Counted from the stretch's first letter, positions 25,446 to 38,774 are shown. The stretch is 42,139 nt of DNA from Lama guanicoe (GCA_013239625.1 MU053561.1:2217818-2259956); one strand, 5' to 3'. Numbers and translations are program-made. The notes: generated by a model not told the origin, from the sequence alone.

Positions 25446-27850
25446 GGATGATTCAGCATATGCAAATCAATTAATGTGATATACCGCATCAACAAAAAAA
25501 GGACAAAAATCACATGATCATCAACAGATGCAGAGAAAGCATTTGATAAAATTCAACATCCATTCATGAGTAAAAACTTACCAAAATGCGTATAGAGGGA
25601 ACATATCTCAACATAATAAAAGCTATTTTTGACAAATCCATAACCAATATAATACTTAATGGTGAAAAGTTGAAAGTCTTCCCGCTAAAATCTAGAACAA
25701 GATAAGGATGTACATTCTCACCACTTCTTTTCAACATAGTATTGGAAATCCTAGCCATAGCAATCAAGAAAAAGAAATAGAGATCCAAATGGAAGAGAAG
25801 AGGTAAAACTGTCACTATATGCGGACAAGATACTATATAATAGAAATCCCTATAGACTACACACAAAAACTACTAGAGCTGATAAACAAATTTAGTTAGG
25901 TAGCAGGATACAAGATTAACATACAGAAATCTGTTGCATTTCTTTACACTAACAATGAAATATCAGAAATGGAAAGTTTAAAAAATTCCTTTTAAAATCA
26001 CATCAAAAAAATAAAATACTTAGGAATAAATATGACCAATGAGATGAAAGACTTACACACAGAGAACTATAAAGCAATGATTAAAGAATGAAGAATGATT
26101 TAAAGAAATGGAAAAATATCCCATGCTCTTAGATTGGAAGAATTAATATTGTTAAAATGCCCATACTCCTCAAAGCAATCTACAGATTTTATATGACTCC
26201 CATAAAATAACCTAGGACATTCTTCATAGAACTAGAACAAATAATCCTAAAATTTATATGGGAATCTCAAAAGACCCAGAATTGCCAAAGCAATACTGAA
26301 GAAAAAGAATGCAGCTGGAGGAATAACTCTCCCAGATTTCAGACAATACTAAAGAGCTACAATAATTAAAACAGTGTGGTACTGGCACAAAAACAGACAT
26401 AAGGTTTAATGAAACAGAGTAGAGAGCCCAGAAATAAATCCACACACCTACAGTTAATTAATCTTCCACAAAGGAGGCAAGAATATACAATGGAGAAAAG
26501 ACAATCTCTTCAGCAAGTGGTGCTGGGAAAGCTGGACAGCCACATGTGAATCAATGAACTTAGAACACTCCTTCACACCATACACAAAAATAAACTCAAA
26601 ATGGCTCAAAGACTTCAACATAAGACAAGACACTGTAAAGCTCCTAGTAGAAAACATAGACAAAACATTCTCTGACATAAATCTTAGAAATGTTCTCCTA
26701 GGGCAGTCTACCCAGGCAATAGAAATAAGAGCAAAAATAAACAAATGGGACCTAATTAAACTTACAAGCTTTTGCACAGCAAGAGAAACCATAAACAAAA
26801 CAAAACGACAACTTATGGAATGGGAGAAAATATTTGCAAATGATGCAACTGACTAGGGCTTTAATTCCAGAATATACAAACAGCTCACACAAGTTAATAA
26901 AAAAAAAAACAAACAACCCAATCCAAAAATGGGCAGAAGACCTAAACAAGCATTTCTCCAATGAAGACATATAGACGGCCAATAGGCACATGAAAAGATG
27001 CTCAATATCACTAATTACTAGAGAAATGCAAATCAAAACTACAATGAGGTGTCACCTCACTCCAGTCAGAATGGCCATCATTAAAATGTTCACAAATGAT
27101 ACATGCTGGAGAGCGTGTGGAGAAAAGGGAACCCTTCTACTCTGTTGGTGGGAATGTAGTTTGATGTAGCCATTATGGAAAACAGTATGGAGATTTTTTT
27201 AAAAAACTAAAAACAGAGCTACCATATGATACAGCAATCCCACTCCTGGGCATATATGTGGAAGAAATTCTTAATTCGAAAAGATACATGCACCCCAATG
27301 TTTATAGCAGCACTATTTACAATAGCCAAGACATGGAAACAATCTATATGTCCATTCAACAGATGACTTTATCCAGGACTGTACAGTACGTACGTACACA
27401 CACACACACGCACACACACAGAATGGAATACTACTCAGCCATTAAAAAAGAAAATAATGCCATTCGCAGCAACATGGATGGACCTGGAGATCTTCATACT
27501 AAGTGAAGTAAGCCAGAAAGAGGGGGAAAAAAAATATGACATCACTTACATGTGGAATCTAAAAAAAGGACACAAATGTAGAAAACAAACTTATGGTTAC
27601 TAGAGGGGAAGGATAAATTGTGAGTTTGAGATTAGTGGCTACTAACTACTATATATAAAATAAACAAGCTTCTACTTTATAGTACAGGGAACTATATTCA
27701 ACATCTTGTAGTAACCTATAATGAAGAAGAATATGAAAAGAAATATATGTATATACATGTATGACTGAAACATTATGCTATACATCAAATATGACACAAC
27801 ATTGTAAACTGACTGTACTTCAATAAAAACATGTATCTTCTTTAAAAAAA
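25446..27850 (+). mobile_element. 5'-truncated lineage-specific L1 (ORF2 RT to 3'UTR), decayed
   Basis: ORF 26554..26856 (TPYTKINSKWLKDFNIR...[23 protein letters not shown]); 3'UTR ending cattgtaaactgactgtacttcaataaaaa; multiple frameshifts. Confidence 0.93.
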
Positions 27851-28357
27851 TCAAACAGCATAATTCACATTATCAACGTATAAAGAAGAAACAGCATATA
27901 ATCATCTAATTAAATGCCATAAAAACACTGGACAAGATTCAATATCCACTCCTGATTTTAAAAATCTTAGCAAATAGGAATAGAAAGGAACTTCTTCAAG
28001 ATGACAGAGGACATCTACAAAAAACCTGTGGCTAACATTACGCTTATTGATGAAAGACTAAATGCTCTTCTCCTAAGATCAGGAATGAGGCAAGTATGTC
28101 CACTCTCAGCACTCGCATTTAACTTCGTACTTAGTGGAGGTTCTAGGCAATGTGATATGGCAAGAAAAAGAAAGAAAAGAACAATACAAACAAAACTGTT
28201 CTCTATGCAGAGAAATAAAACATTTCTGTTCACTGATGACATGATTGTTTACAAAGAAATTCCAAAAGTATGTATCAAAATTCACTTAAAAGTGACTAGA
28301 ATTAACTAGTGAATTTATGATAACCTCAGGGTTTAAGGTCAAAACAAAAATCAATTG

Positions 28358-28541
28358 CACAGTGCACAACAATGTGAATGATGTTCTTCGTGATACTGAA
28401 CCGTACACTTAAATATGAAAAATTTTAAGTTATGTGCAATTTACCACAATTTCTTAAAATGATAGTATCAGGAAAGTTATCTAGAGAAAAACAAAATATC
28501 TTGAGCCAGTTGAAAATTTTAAGTCTTTATTAGAATCAATT
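28358..28541 (+). mobile_element. Very short L1MA/MB 3' end plus about 85 bp of extra sequence, TSD-flanked
   Basis: tgcacaacaatgtgaatg...ctgaaccgtacacttaaa...tttaccacaatt; direct repeat aaatcaattg at 28348-28357 and 28542-28551. Confidence 0.6.
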
Positions 28542-30282
28542 AAATCAATTGTATTTATATATACTGGCAATGTACAATTAGCAACTGAAATTTTAAAATA
28601 CAATACCACTTAGCACCAAAAAAAAACATGAAATAGGTATAAATCCATCAAAATATGTATAGGAGCTGTAAAACCTACAACATCAATGAAGAAGATTAAA
28701 GGACTAAATAAATGGGAAGATATGTTCATGGACTGGAAGACTCAAAATTGTTAAGATATCAATTTTCCCTTATCTATAGACTCAATGTAATACCAATCAA
28801 AATCCCAGTAAGATGTTCTGTAGAAACCAGCAAACTGATTCTAAAATTTATATAGAAAAGAAAAATAGAATAGTCAAAAGAATTTTGTTTTGAAACAAAG
28901 TTGGAAAACACACAACTTGATTACAAGACCATAAAGACCATGATGACTTCACTTCCATAAAGCTATAATAATGAACACAGTGTGGTAACAGAAAAAGGAC
29001 AAATGCACAGATCAACAAAACAGAGTCCAGAAGTAGACCCACGCTTGGTCAACTGATTTCATGTATCGTTAATTGATTTCAAGAAAGGTGCAAAGTCAAT
29101 TAAATAGAGAAAAAATAGTCTTTTCAATAAATGGTGCTAGAATTCTTGGATATCCATATGGAAAGAAATGAAGCTCAACCTATACCTCACAGCATATAGA
29201 ATTTAACTCAAAATGAATTATAGATTTATAAAGTATAGTAAAGTAAAACTGTAATACTTTCAGAGGAAAACAACAGAAATTTTTTGTGACCTTGGATTAG
29301 GCAGACATTTCTTAAATAAAATACCAAATGGACAAACTACAAAAGATGAAAACAATAAACTGTACTACTTCAAGATGTAACGACCTCAGTTCTTCAAGAT
29401 ACTTTTAATTCACTGCAAAGCCATAGACAGAAAATATTTGTAAATACATAGGTTATAAAACTCCTCTGCCCAGAATACACAAAACACTCTCAACAATCAG
29501 TGATAAGAAAACAAACCAAAAAAAATTTTACAGCAAAAGATTTGAACAATTAAAGAAGACACGAATGACAAATAAGCACATGAAAAGGTACTCAACGTGA
29601 TTTGTCACTAGAGAAAAAGAAAATAAAACCACAATGAGATAATATTACATATCTATTAGAATAGCTAAAAATAATAAGGAAACTCTCAATACGGGTCATG
29701 ATGGAAGGCAACTACTGGAAAAGAGTCTGGCAGGTTCTTCCAAAATTTACTTACTGTTTGATCCAGCAATCCTACTTCTAGATATTTACCCAAGAGAAAT
29801 AAAATTTATGGTCCCACAGAATCCTACACTAAAATGTCTATAGCAGCTTTATTCATAATCTCCAAAACTAAAAACAGATTCACTGGTGAATGGATAAACT
29901 GTGTTATAGCCACACAATGGAATACCATACAGCAGTAAAAAAGGAATGAATTACTAAATACATGGATAAATCTGAAATGCATTGTGCTACATGAAAAAAG
30001 CCAATATTCCCAACTGCAGGGACAAAAAACAGATTAGTAGTTACCAGAGGCTGGCAGTATGGGGTGAGATGATCATAAGATGGTAAAAGGGAATTTTCTA
30101 AGATGACAGAATTCTATATTTTGATTGTGCTGGTGGTTACTAGACTGCATGTACTGTCAAAACTTACAGCAGTATATACTACAGTGGGTGAATTTTACTC
30201 TATGTAATAAGTAAAATCTCAACAACCCTGAACAAAAAAAATCCCATCAATTTACAATGATTTTATTCATATAAGCTAGGTC

Positions 30283-30471
30283 AGAGACTCTCAAAGTATA
30301 GAACTATAGTTTCCAAAATCACCTTTAACAAGGAGTACTTGATAAAAAACATAAATAATGGTCTCTACTTTAAACCAACTGAGTAACAGTCCTATGAATA
30401 GGGCTTGGAATCTTCATTTTTATAAAACACACTATGTGATCTTGATACACACTGAAGTTTGAAAACTTCTT
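30283..30471 (+). mobile_element. MER5-like hAT-Charlie DNA transposon
   Basis: cagagactctcaaagt...gtgatcttgatacacactgaagtttgaaaacttct; about 190 bp with degenerate TIRs. Confidence 0.65.
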
Positions 30472-31585
30472 TGCCAGAGTATAAATATTTTCTTTTATTT
30501 TATTAAATGGGAACTGAAGTGTCCTGACAACAGAAAGATAGGCTGGAGATGTAATCAAAGTACATAGTAAAGTCTGACAGTAAAATTACACATTAAGATA
30601 CAATATTATTTATCTAGTATTATAGATTAATGCCATTATCTTCAAACATATTTCTTCTAAAAAAATAATAGTACATGGGTATCTCACTCTTTGTAGACAA
30701 AAGCACACAAAGATAGATGAAATATTTAAATATAAGCATATACAATCATAAAAATCCAAAAGAAAAGTAGGAATTTTTGTTTTGTAATAATTTATACATA
30801 GGGAAGGCTTTCTAAGGACCAAAATCTAGAAGCCATAAATGGAAAAGCAATCCTAAAAGTGACTATTTTAAAGTTAAACTTCAAAAAAAAAAAAAAACTG
30901 AAGACAACATTAAAATCTATCTTTAATACCTATAAACAAAAGATGAATTTTCTTAAATTTACAAAGAGCTCTTACAATCATTTAGACCAAGAAACCAATT
31001 AAATATAAGGGCAAAGTAGTTTCTCAGAAAACAAAAAGGAAATGACTATAACCTCTTCCTTTAGTTTCTCTTTCTCATACTCTCCAACCCCATCCTTTAA
31101 CTCATCTGAGTAGTAAAAAGGAGTTTCCCACACCCACTTCCCCATCACTGTGCGTCTCAAGTATTGTCTTTGAGTATCACACCAAGATTTCCAGAAAGGA
31201 GAATCCAGAGTTGTTGTTTTGTTTTTTCAATTCATAGCAATAAACTGCATTCAATTTCCAAAAAGGCATTTTTATTAATTTTTAGACTTATGAAAGATCC
31301 ACACTCATTCTTACTGATTCATTTCTTAATTCCAATCTTATTAATTTATTTTCTCCCTTTGTTTCAAACATGTAATTAATTACAATGGCAAAATCCTGGA
31401 GAAGGATCACTCCTACAAAGGAGATGTGCATATAATGCTAGAATCTGTGATGAATTTGTTTTATTGAGATTCTCAAAATGGAAAAATCATTATTCCCAAG
31501 GAACAGAGCCCTATCTGAAGATCTAGTTATTTCAGCAAACCTGTAGATTAGTTCAATATCAGACAATTAAAAAAGATGACATGCT

Positions 31586-31754
31586 AGAGGGGAGGGTATA
31601 GCTCAGTGGTAGAGTGTGTGCTTAGCATGCATGAGGTCCTGGGTTCAATCCCCAGTACCTCCATTAAAGATAAATAAATTTGAAAAAAAAAAAAAAAAAA
31701 ACACAAAACCTAATTACCTACCCCCTCCGGAAAACATAAAATAAAATAAAAAGT
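31586..31754 (+). mobile_element. tRNA-Ala-derived camelid SINE (vic-1 type)
   Basis: ggggagggtatagctcagtggtagagtgtgtgcttagcatgcatgaggtcctgggttcaatccccagtacctcc...aacctaattacct; perfect 16-bp TSD aaaaagatgacatgct (31570-31585, 31755-31770). Confidence 0.92.
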
Positions 31755-31834
31755 AAAAAGATGACATGCTGCTAGGGAAATCTTTCATTTTACTAAGGTT
31801 CATTCACAACCTTTTCCCCACAAACAATATATTA

Positions 31835-31990
<156 letters not shown>

Positions 31991-33164
31991 TCAATAGTTC
32001 CTTTGTTCCTCACAAACACACTGAGAATTTTTTTTCCACTTTCTAAGTCTTCATTTCTCATGCAACTGCAATCTCACCTCTCATTTGTTAACATTATTGA
32101 AACTCCTCTATTAGTCACCACAGCTTCCTAACTGCCAAAACCAATGGGCCATTTTCATGTGCCTCACTGTGAAATTATCAAGCTATTTAATGCTGTTGAC
32201 AATTCTCCCTCATGAAAGCCTCTGTTTCTTAAATTCTGGAATGGTGCTCTCCCTTACTGGTCCTTTTTTTTCTGTTCTAATCACTACACTGTAATGTCTA
32301 TTTTCACTTCTAGCTCTCTTCATGAATTTTCAGTATTTTTCTGGATATAACTATATCAGTGTTAAAGGAGGTACCAAAAAATAATGTTAGATGATGGGCT
32401 TTTCAATTAATAATGCTAAAAAGACTGACTTGTAGGTAAGAAATCAATTTGGATAGTCATTTCATATTATATATATATTTATGAAATCCAAATGATTTAG
32501 AAGTACATATAGCAAAATTGCAATAAAAAGTAGAATAAATGTGACAATCTCTATACTTCTTGGAGAAAGCTTCTTTGTAAGCATAAAATCAACAGCATTG
32601 GTAACAAATGATGAGAGGCTTGAATTTCCCCACAATAGAAATTACTTATAAGAAAAAACCATGAACAAAATTAAAAGGCAAACAACATACAGAAGGAAAT
32701 TTGCCACAAATATAGCAGTATTTATAACTTTACCACATAGTCTATAGGTTTGCATTTAGATATGGATTAAAGATATTGCTAAGAAAGACTCTAATACATG
32801 GAAAGAAAAATAGTGGCAAAGAACTGACCAAAGAATCTAAAGAATATACAAAACTGACTAATAAATACCATTTATAATTAATTTTTAAATAAAAATTAAA
32901 CAGAACTTATATATTACCCTGAAGTCTTTCCAACTTTCATAGGCAGAAGACATCATTTGCTAACACAAGCATAATTCCCTAATGTAAAATTTTCACAATA
33001 CAATGTAATTTTTTAATAACATAGCTGTCATCCCACCATGTTCTGGTGGCTGGAATAGACTGCAAGTGGTTTATATTACTTCACATATTCCCAGTATATA
33101 GTACACTGCAGGGTACACAATAGACATTTCACTAAACATAGAGAGGAAGGGAAAGAGGGAGAGA

Positions 33165-33690
33165 GGGCCTCTCTTTCTCACTCACTAGAACAATAATACC
33201 TTCTAATCAGTTTCCCTGACTTCATACCCTCCTCCCAGCACTCCATTTATTCAGCACCATACAGCCTACAGTGGTGATGAACATTTTCAATCTTAAGTCA
33301 GCTTAGGTCACTACTCTGTGCAAACCCTTACCATGACTTCTGGTGACACTCAAAGTAAAATGACTTATAAGACCCAACATAATCAGGTTCCTCACAACCT
33401 CTCTGACATCATCATCTTCCAATATTCCTTTTACTCACTTTATTGTTACCAAATGGGTCTACATACAGTTCAAGAATTGTCAAACTCACTTCTGCATCAG
33501 TCTTTATACTTTACCTGCAGATCTCCAAGCAAATTTCACTTAGAAAGTTTTTCTGACCACACCATATAAAACAGTGAAGAAATCCTCATCACTAATATCA
33601 CTTACACTGTATTATTTCCCCAATTAATACTTATCATCATCTGAATACTATGTAATTATTTGTAAAATTTACACCTTCCCTCATAAAAGA
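33165..33690 (+). mobile_element. L2 LINE fragment; further L2 pieces at about 31990-32330 and 34090-34400
   Basis: ccttctaatcagtttccctgacttc...ttaggtcactactctgtgcaaacccttaccatgacttc...tataagacccaacataatc. Confidence 0.7.
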
Positions 33691-33704
33691 CAGAAATTAA
33701 AAGA

Positions 33705-34070
33705 AGTCCTAGAGGGAGAAAAGGGAGAGTATGAAGCAGAGGCACTATTCTCAGGAGTAACGACTGAGAATCTTCCTGAACTGATGAAAGCAAAAGTCTT
33801 TAGGCTGATAAAACACTGAGTCCTTTAAGGAATAATCTAAATACAAATACATGGTAATGGAATTCCAGAACAACAAAGCAAAAAAAAAAAAAAAAAAAAA
33901 AAAATAAAAAAAAAAAAATATTAAAACAAGAGGAAAAAGATTATCTTTTAAAATTAAACTGACAGCATACTTCTCAACATAACAGAAACAGGAAGACAAT
34001 GGAACTGTATCTTTAAAAGATTAAGAGAAAATAATCAACCTCTAACTCTATACTGAGCTATAATACCTAT
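33705..34070 (+). mobile_element. Ancient L1 ORF1 fragment with an expanded internal A-run at 33881-33918
   Basis: taacgactgagaatcttcctgaactgatgaaa (ENFPELMK-like) and aaattaaactgacagcatacttctcaac...gaagacaatgga. Confidence 0.7.
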
Positions 34071-34942
34071 TAGGAGAGAACTTGGTTCTCCCGATATCCA
34101 CATGGCTTTCCTTAGGTTTCTTCTCAAAAATGTCACCATAACAAGAGTCCTTCAGTAGCCACTGGACATAAAACAGCAATCTCTCACCAACACTTACTCC
34201 AATTCTACTTACTCTTCTTTGAGAGTGAGCACATATCACTATCTGACATGCTATACAGAACTTGAATATATAGTTATGATTTTTTTCCTAAAACTAGAAT
34301 ATAGACTAGAATAAATTGGAGATAAGTGTTTTTTTTTTCATTTCTATATCCATAGATCTAGAACTATGTCATGGAGAAGGAACTCAATAAACATAGTAAT
34401 TTATTTATTCACTCATTATTTAATAGGGAAGTTTCAAATATAAGTCGAGACCAACTAGACAACAATTACCAATAAGACAAGAGAGAGAGAAGCTAAATTA
34501 AAGCATTCTAAGATTCTTATGTTTCTCAGAAGGATAGAGAAATCGGTTAATTTTAAACTTTGGTAAGTATACATATTAAAATTTTAATGGTAACCCCAAA
34601 ATAAGTGGAAATGGAAAGTATAAAGTCAAACTAATAGAGGGAAAAAGAGATCTAAACTAAAAACTAGTAGAGGAAAACAGACATGAGTAATTTAATCCAA
34701 AACAAGGAAGACAGAAAATAAAAGCAAATGAAAAGTACAATAATAATATAGGCAGCAAAACAATGATGGAAGAGCCAACTCTAAAAATATATTATCATAC
34801 TAAATGTTAACATTTCAGACTTAACAGTTAAAAGACTCCAAGACTAGACAAAAATAACAAAATCTAAGTACACACTATAGGTAAAATATACAGCTAACAT
34901 ATATGACACAGAAAGGTTAAAAGTAAAAGAGTGGAAAATGAC

Positions 34943-35535
34943 TGTGCTGATTATTAAGCCATTTTTTTCTCAGCTTCAAATCCATCCTTCTACAGTTTAC
35001 TTTGGTACACTGACATTGGAACTCCTCAAATGCATTTCTCATTTCCCTTATCGGCCCTGCCAAAAGGAGGTTCTACAAAGATAATACAAGGCTGAAGGAA
35101 GGAGAAGGAACTTACTCCTTCCAGTTTGCCTTTAGCTTCTGACAGTATCAAAGCAGCCGTGGTTTTTCACCGTGACAGTGGCAGTTAGTTCCAGGTTACA
35201 GTTCCCCTGCCACATACACGTTCCCCAAATCAGCCTCCTTATGCCCCTTACAGATACCAAGCTCTAGCTGGGTACCCCCTCCTCAAAGGTCTAAGTCCCG
35301 GTTCTGAAATAGCCTGAGGCCCAAGCTACTGAATTTTAATGATCTCACCCTCTTCCCATTATTCGTACAGATCCAGGCATGGCAGTTGTTTACTGCAGTT
35401 ACTACCTCTTGGAATACCACAGTGTTCTCTTTTTGTCTTGTCAGTTCCCCATTAATTGGTCAGCAATTCTAAACATTAAATCCTCTAATTTAAAAAACTG
35501 TACAGTTCCAGTTCTTGATTGAGCCAACTGATACA
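34943..35535 (+). mobile_element. ERVL solo LTR (LTR41-like) inserted in an old L1 ORF2 EN region
   Basis: TG...CA termini (tgtgctgattatt...actgataca), 593 bp; 5-bp TSD atgac/atgat; flanks rejoin as L1 aaagagtggaaaatgatatacca. Confidence 0.8.
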
Positions 35536-36109
35536 ATGATATACCAACAAATTATTAAGCATAATAAAGATGCCATGTTAACAGGAGTGAGATTCACAAA
35601 TGCCAATTCTCTCCAAATTAATCTATAAACTGCATGCAATCTTCATCAAAATCTCAGCATCGTCTTCCAAAACTTACAAGAACAAAGAACTGAGAATTGC
35701 TAAGATAATTTCCTAGTAGAACGAGATCAAATATCAAGATTCAGATATAGCTGTCAAGCTTCTTGTAAAAATAATGTAGTTAAGACTACAGTAAATATCT
35801 AGACTACTAAAATACTGATGCAGGGATAAAGAGAAAAGCCAGTAGAAAAGAACAGACTCATATAACTAATATATGACTAATGTGGCATGTATAAATAGCA
35901 GGGAAATAAATGTGCTAGGATCAGTTGACAGTTGCTATCTCACCCTACCTACAAAATCAACTACATAAGGATTAAAGACTTAAATGCAAAAGTAGAACTT
36001 TAAAATGTTCAGAATTAAATATAGGAATACATTTTCATGATCTTGGAGAAAGAATTTCTTAAATAAGATACAAAAAGCATAATCTATAAGGGCTACATAA
36101 CTATACAGG

Positions 36110-36504
36110 AAAAAAGAATTACATTTCTCAGCCTCCTTTTACAGTAAGGCGAGGCCATATGAGTACAATCCACTCAATGATATACAAGCAAAAATGGAGT
36201 AACCAACTTCTGGACATCACATATCTTTTCTCTGTACCTTCCTCCTTTCTGCAACTAGGAAGGTTTACCCACCTTGTCTTGAGGAATCATCTTGTATCAT
36301 GAGGTTGAAGCTTTATACTGAAGCTCACAGAGCAATAAGACAAAGGAACCTAGGTCCTTGGTCATGGAGGAACTACCCAAACCAGCCCTAAACTGCTTAT
36401 ACCTGCACTTGATTTGCATGAAAGAGAAATAAACATCTATCTTATTTAAGCTATTTTACACTAGGTTTTCTGCCATTCAGAGCCAAACTTAAACCTAACT
36501 GATT
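36110..36504 (+). mobile_element. MaLR solo LTR (MLT1H/J-like)
   Basis: tacatttctcagcctcc...aaggaacctaggtccttg...gagaaataaacatctatcttatttaagc...cctaactgat. Confidence 0.8.
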
Positions 36505-36777
36505 AAAAAAAATTGTTCTAATTGAAATATGTCCAAAATGCTAAAATAACATAAAGGAAAGTGATCAGTTTTTGTCTAATTAGCATGAGGAAAGGCATCA
36601 GAGAAGAAATAATTATGGATTTAAATCACAATTTAAATGATGCAGAGTCTGCCAAAGACAAAAACACATAAACAAGTGGCTTCTCACTACAGTCAGAAGG
36701 AATGTTAAATACAAATATCATGAAAGGTGATTATGAATATGACAAAGAAGTGCACACATCTTTTAGGTGAAGACTGG

Positions 36778-36980
36778 TAATAATGAAAATAACTGCTATC
36801 ATTTACTGAATACTTAATATGTACCAGATTATCCCAAATAATTCTCACAATACTGCAATAGGATTATAATTTTAATGACAGATTTAGAAGGAATAAGTAG
36901 CATGTAAGTTTCCCAAGCAGCACTGAAATGTAGCTGCGCTGGGCTTCTAACCTAAGCAGTACCAGTTAAAACTATGCCAA
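36778..36980 (-). mobile_element. MIR SINE remnant
   Basis: atcatttactgaatacttaatatgtaccag...attctcacaatactgcaatagg...taagtttcccaag. Confidence 0.55.
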
Positions 36981-37361
36981 AATGCTGGAAGGATGAGCAC
37001 AGGCCTAAATATGAAGGCTCATCAAAGATGCGCCAAATCATCACATCTTCAAAAAATAATAAAATACTTATTATTTAAAAGGTAATTGATGGTTTCCTGC
37101 TATTTCGAGTTCAATGTGTGTGGTTTTTTTTTCTCCTAACTCTTAACACATTTAACACCTTGCATTAAATGATAAGGGCAAGAAAAGTAAAAAGAAAATG
37201 GTGAAAAGGATGCATATTTTATATAAAAATTAAACAAGAGACAATCCCGAAAGAAGAAAGGGGACTTAGAATTTCCTTAAACTGCTAGTATAATGATCAA
37301 AACTATGGTAAGACTGTGCCTTTTCACACTCAATCAAATACATTATCAATTGTATACTTAC

Positions 37362-37480
37362 CACACTGAAATCAAGGTTGTTTTCAATCCATTTTTGCCC
37401 ATCTCGGAACTCATCATGAAGTCCCATGATATAAAGTGTATCCAAAGCATCTACAATAGTAGCACCCATTTGTGAACTTC
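37362..37480 (-). CDS. MAN1A2: Mannosyl-oligosaccharide 1,2-alpha-mannosidase IB, internal exon (exon 4), 119 nt
   Basis: Encodes (G)SSQMGATIVDALDTLYIMGLHDEFRDGQKWIENNLDFSV; acceptor ...ccaatttAG (plus-strand ct 37481-37482) with polypyrimidine tract; donor GTAAGT (plus-strand acttac 37356-37361); phase 1 to 0. Confidence 0.97.
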
Positions 37481-38019
37481 CTAAATTGGAAAAGGAAAAA
37501 CTGTCATTAAAAAGATGTCCTTCATATAAGACCTATTTTAATTTCTCATATATAAAAAGTAAATCAAAGTAGGAATGTAAGGATGAAAAAGAATATCCAA
37601 CGTGGTTCACTTTTCCATAATAGATAATATACGTTGTTTAAAACATTTTCCTAAAGATGACACATTGCTAACTAATAAAAAGATAAAGGAAAACTAAATT
37701 AAAATTCTCCTTAGTTTTCTTCCTGGTCAGAATATGAGATATCTATCTACTTAACTGAGGTAGATTAAAAAAAAAAGATTAGTTTATGAAAGGGGGAGGG
37801 TGGTAACCATGCTCTTTTGGTTCAAATTAATAGAAAGGGCAAAAAAAAAATACACTTTAAATAATATTAGTGTAACAAGGCTATATTATAAATCATGGTA
37901 GAATATAAACTATAATTTAATACTTAACAACCAAAAAGCCAGGTGAAGCACATTGAGTATATTGAAAGTCATTAAATAAAATATGAGTAGAGAAAATCAA
38001 AATAGTAAGATCTACCCAT

Positions 38020-38774
38020 CTTCAAGAAAGATATCATCTTGATCTTATAGAAAATGCTTCAGGGAGCAAGGAACTACTTCAACAAAGCTAGCCCAATTGA
38101 TAGCAAAACCAGTTACTGTAAACACAAGAAAAGAGAACAGCTAGCAGCTAACAAGAACAGCTAGCAGCTAACAAGAAAAGAGAAATACTAGCAAAACAAA
38201 TCTAGTAGTGTAGTAACAATAACAGGGAGCAGCTGGGTCCTCCCTAACCCCAGAAATGCAATTATTACTTCTACCTTCTGAGAATGAAAATCACCCACAC
38301 AGCTTATTGTCTACATCTACATGACTTGACTATTACATTGTCTTCATCAACATGAGTTTACTGTTCTAGGAAACTCTTGCTCAGAGAGAAATGCTGCAAA
38401 ATAAACTACTGTTCATTCCAGGAAATACTTGGGAAGATCCATCAACTTTTTAACACAAAGTATCATACGATGGTTAAGACTCTAAGACTCTAAACCCTTT
38501 CCTTCTAAATTATCCGTTTCGCAATCCTAAAATGTTATATCACGATCCTTACCCGATTATATCCAAGCTATAATCAATCATAACCCCCCAGTTGAAAGGC
38601 CCACGTTAAACTAGACTTAAAATCTCAACACATATCTCAGCTTTGTCCTTCCCATCTGAAGGCTTACTAGGGCTCTGGTGAGGCAGTGATCTCCCTTACC
38701 ACGGTAAGCATTACACTCAGCTTTGTCTTATCAAAAAGTTATCTTGGTGATATTTCAGAAGTCGGCATTCGACA
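38020..38774 (+). mobile_element. ERV1-class solo LTR (MER89/MER90/MER110-like)
   Basis: 3' end ctcagctttgtcttatcaaaaagttatcttggtgatatttcagaagtcggcattcgaca resembles these LTR termini as recalled; 5' boundary uncertain. Confidence 0.55.

Larger units (their letters stand above)
23545..30241 (+). mobile_element. Old host L1 (L1MB/MC-like), in segments 23545-24149, 25234-25445 and 27845-30241, split by at least four later insertions
   Basis: ORF1 end at 23570-23690; ORF2 start at 25380-25445; RT region in ORF 28001..28309 (LRSGMRQVCPLS...LFTDDMIVY); old-type 3'UTR ending in an A-run at 30234-30241. Confidence 0.8.

Noticed and set aside
25446..27850. Active reverse transcriptase gene
   Set aside because: 5'-truncated, with many stops and frameshifts.
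31589..31662. Functional tRNA-Ala gene (likewise 21140-21214 and 23868-23940)
   Set aside because: A-rich tails, TSDs and a degenerate acceptor stem identify these as SINEs.
37266..37469. Stand-alone 67-aa ORF starting MGATIVDALDTL
   Set aside because: It is exon 4 read through its donor into the intron; the Met is internal.
38134..38173. CRISPR-like repeat
   Set aside because: Two adjacent units with no spacers, in a mammalian intron.
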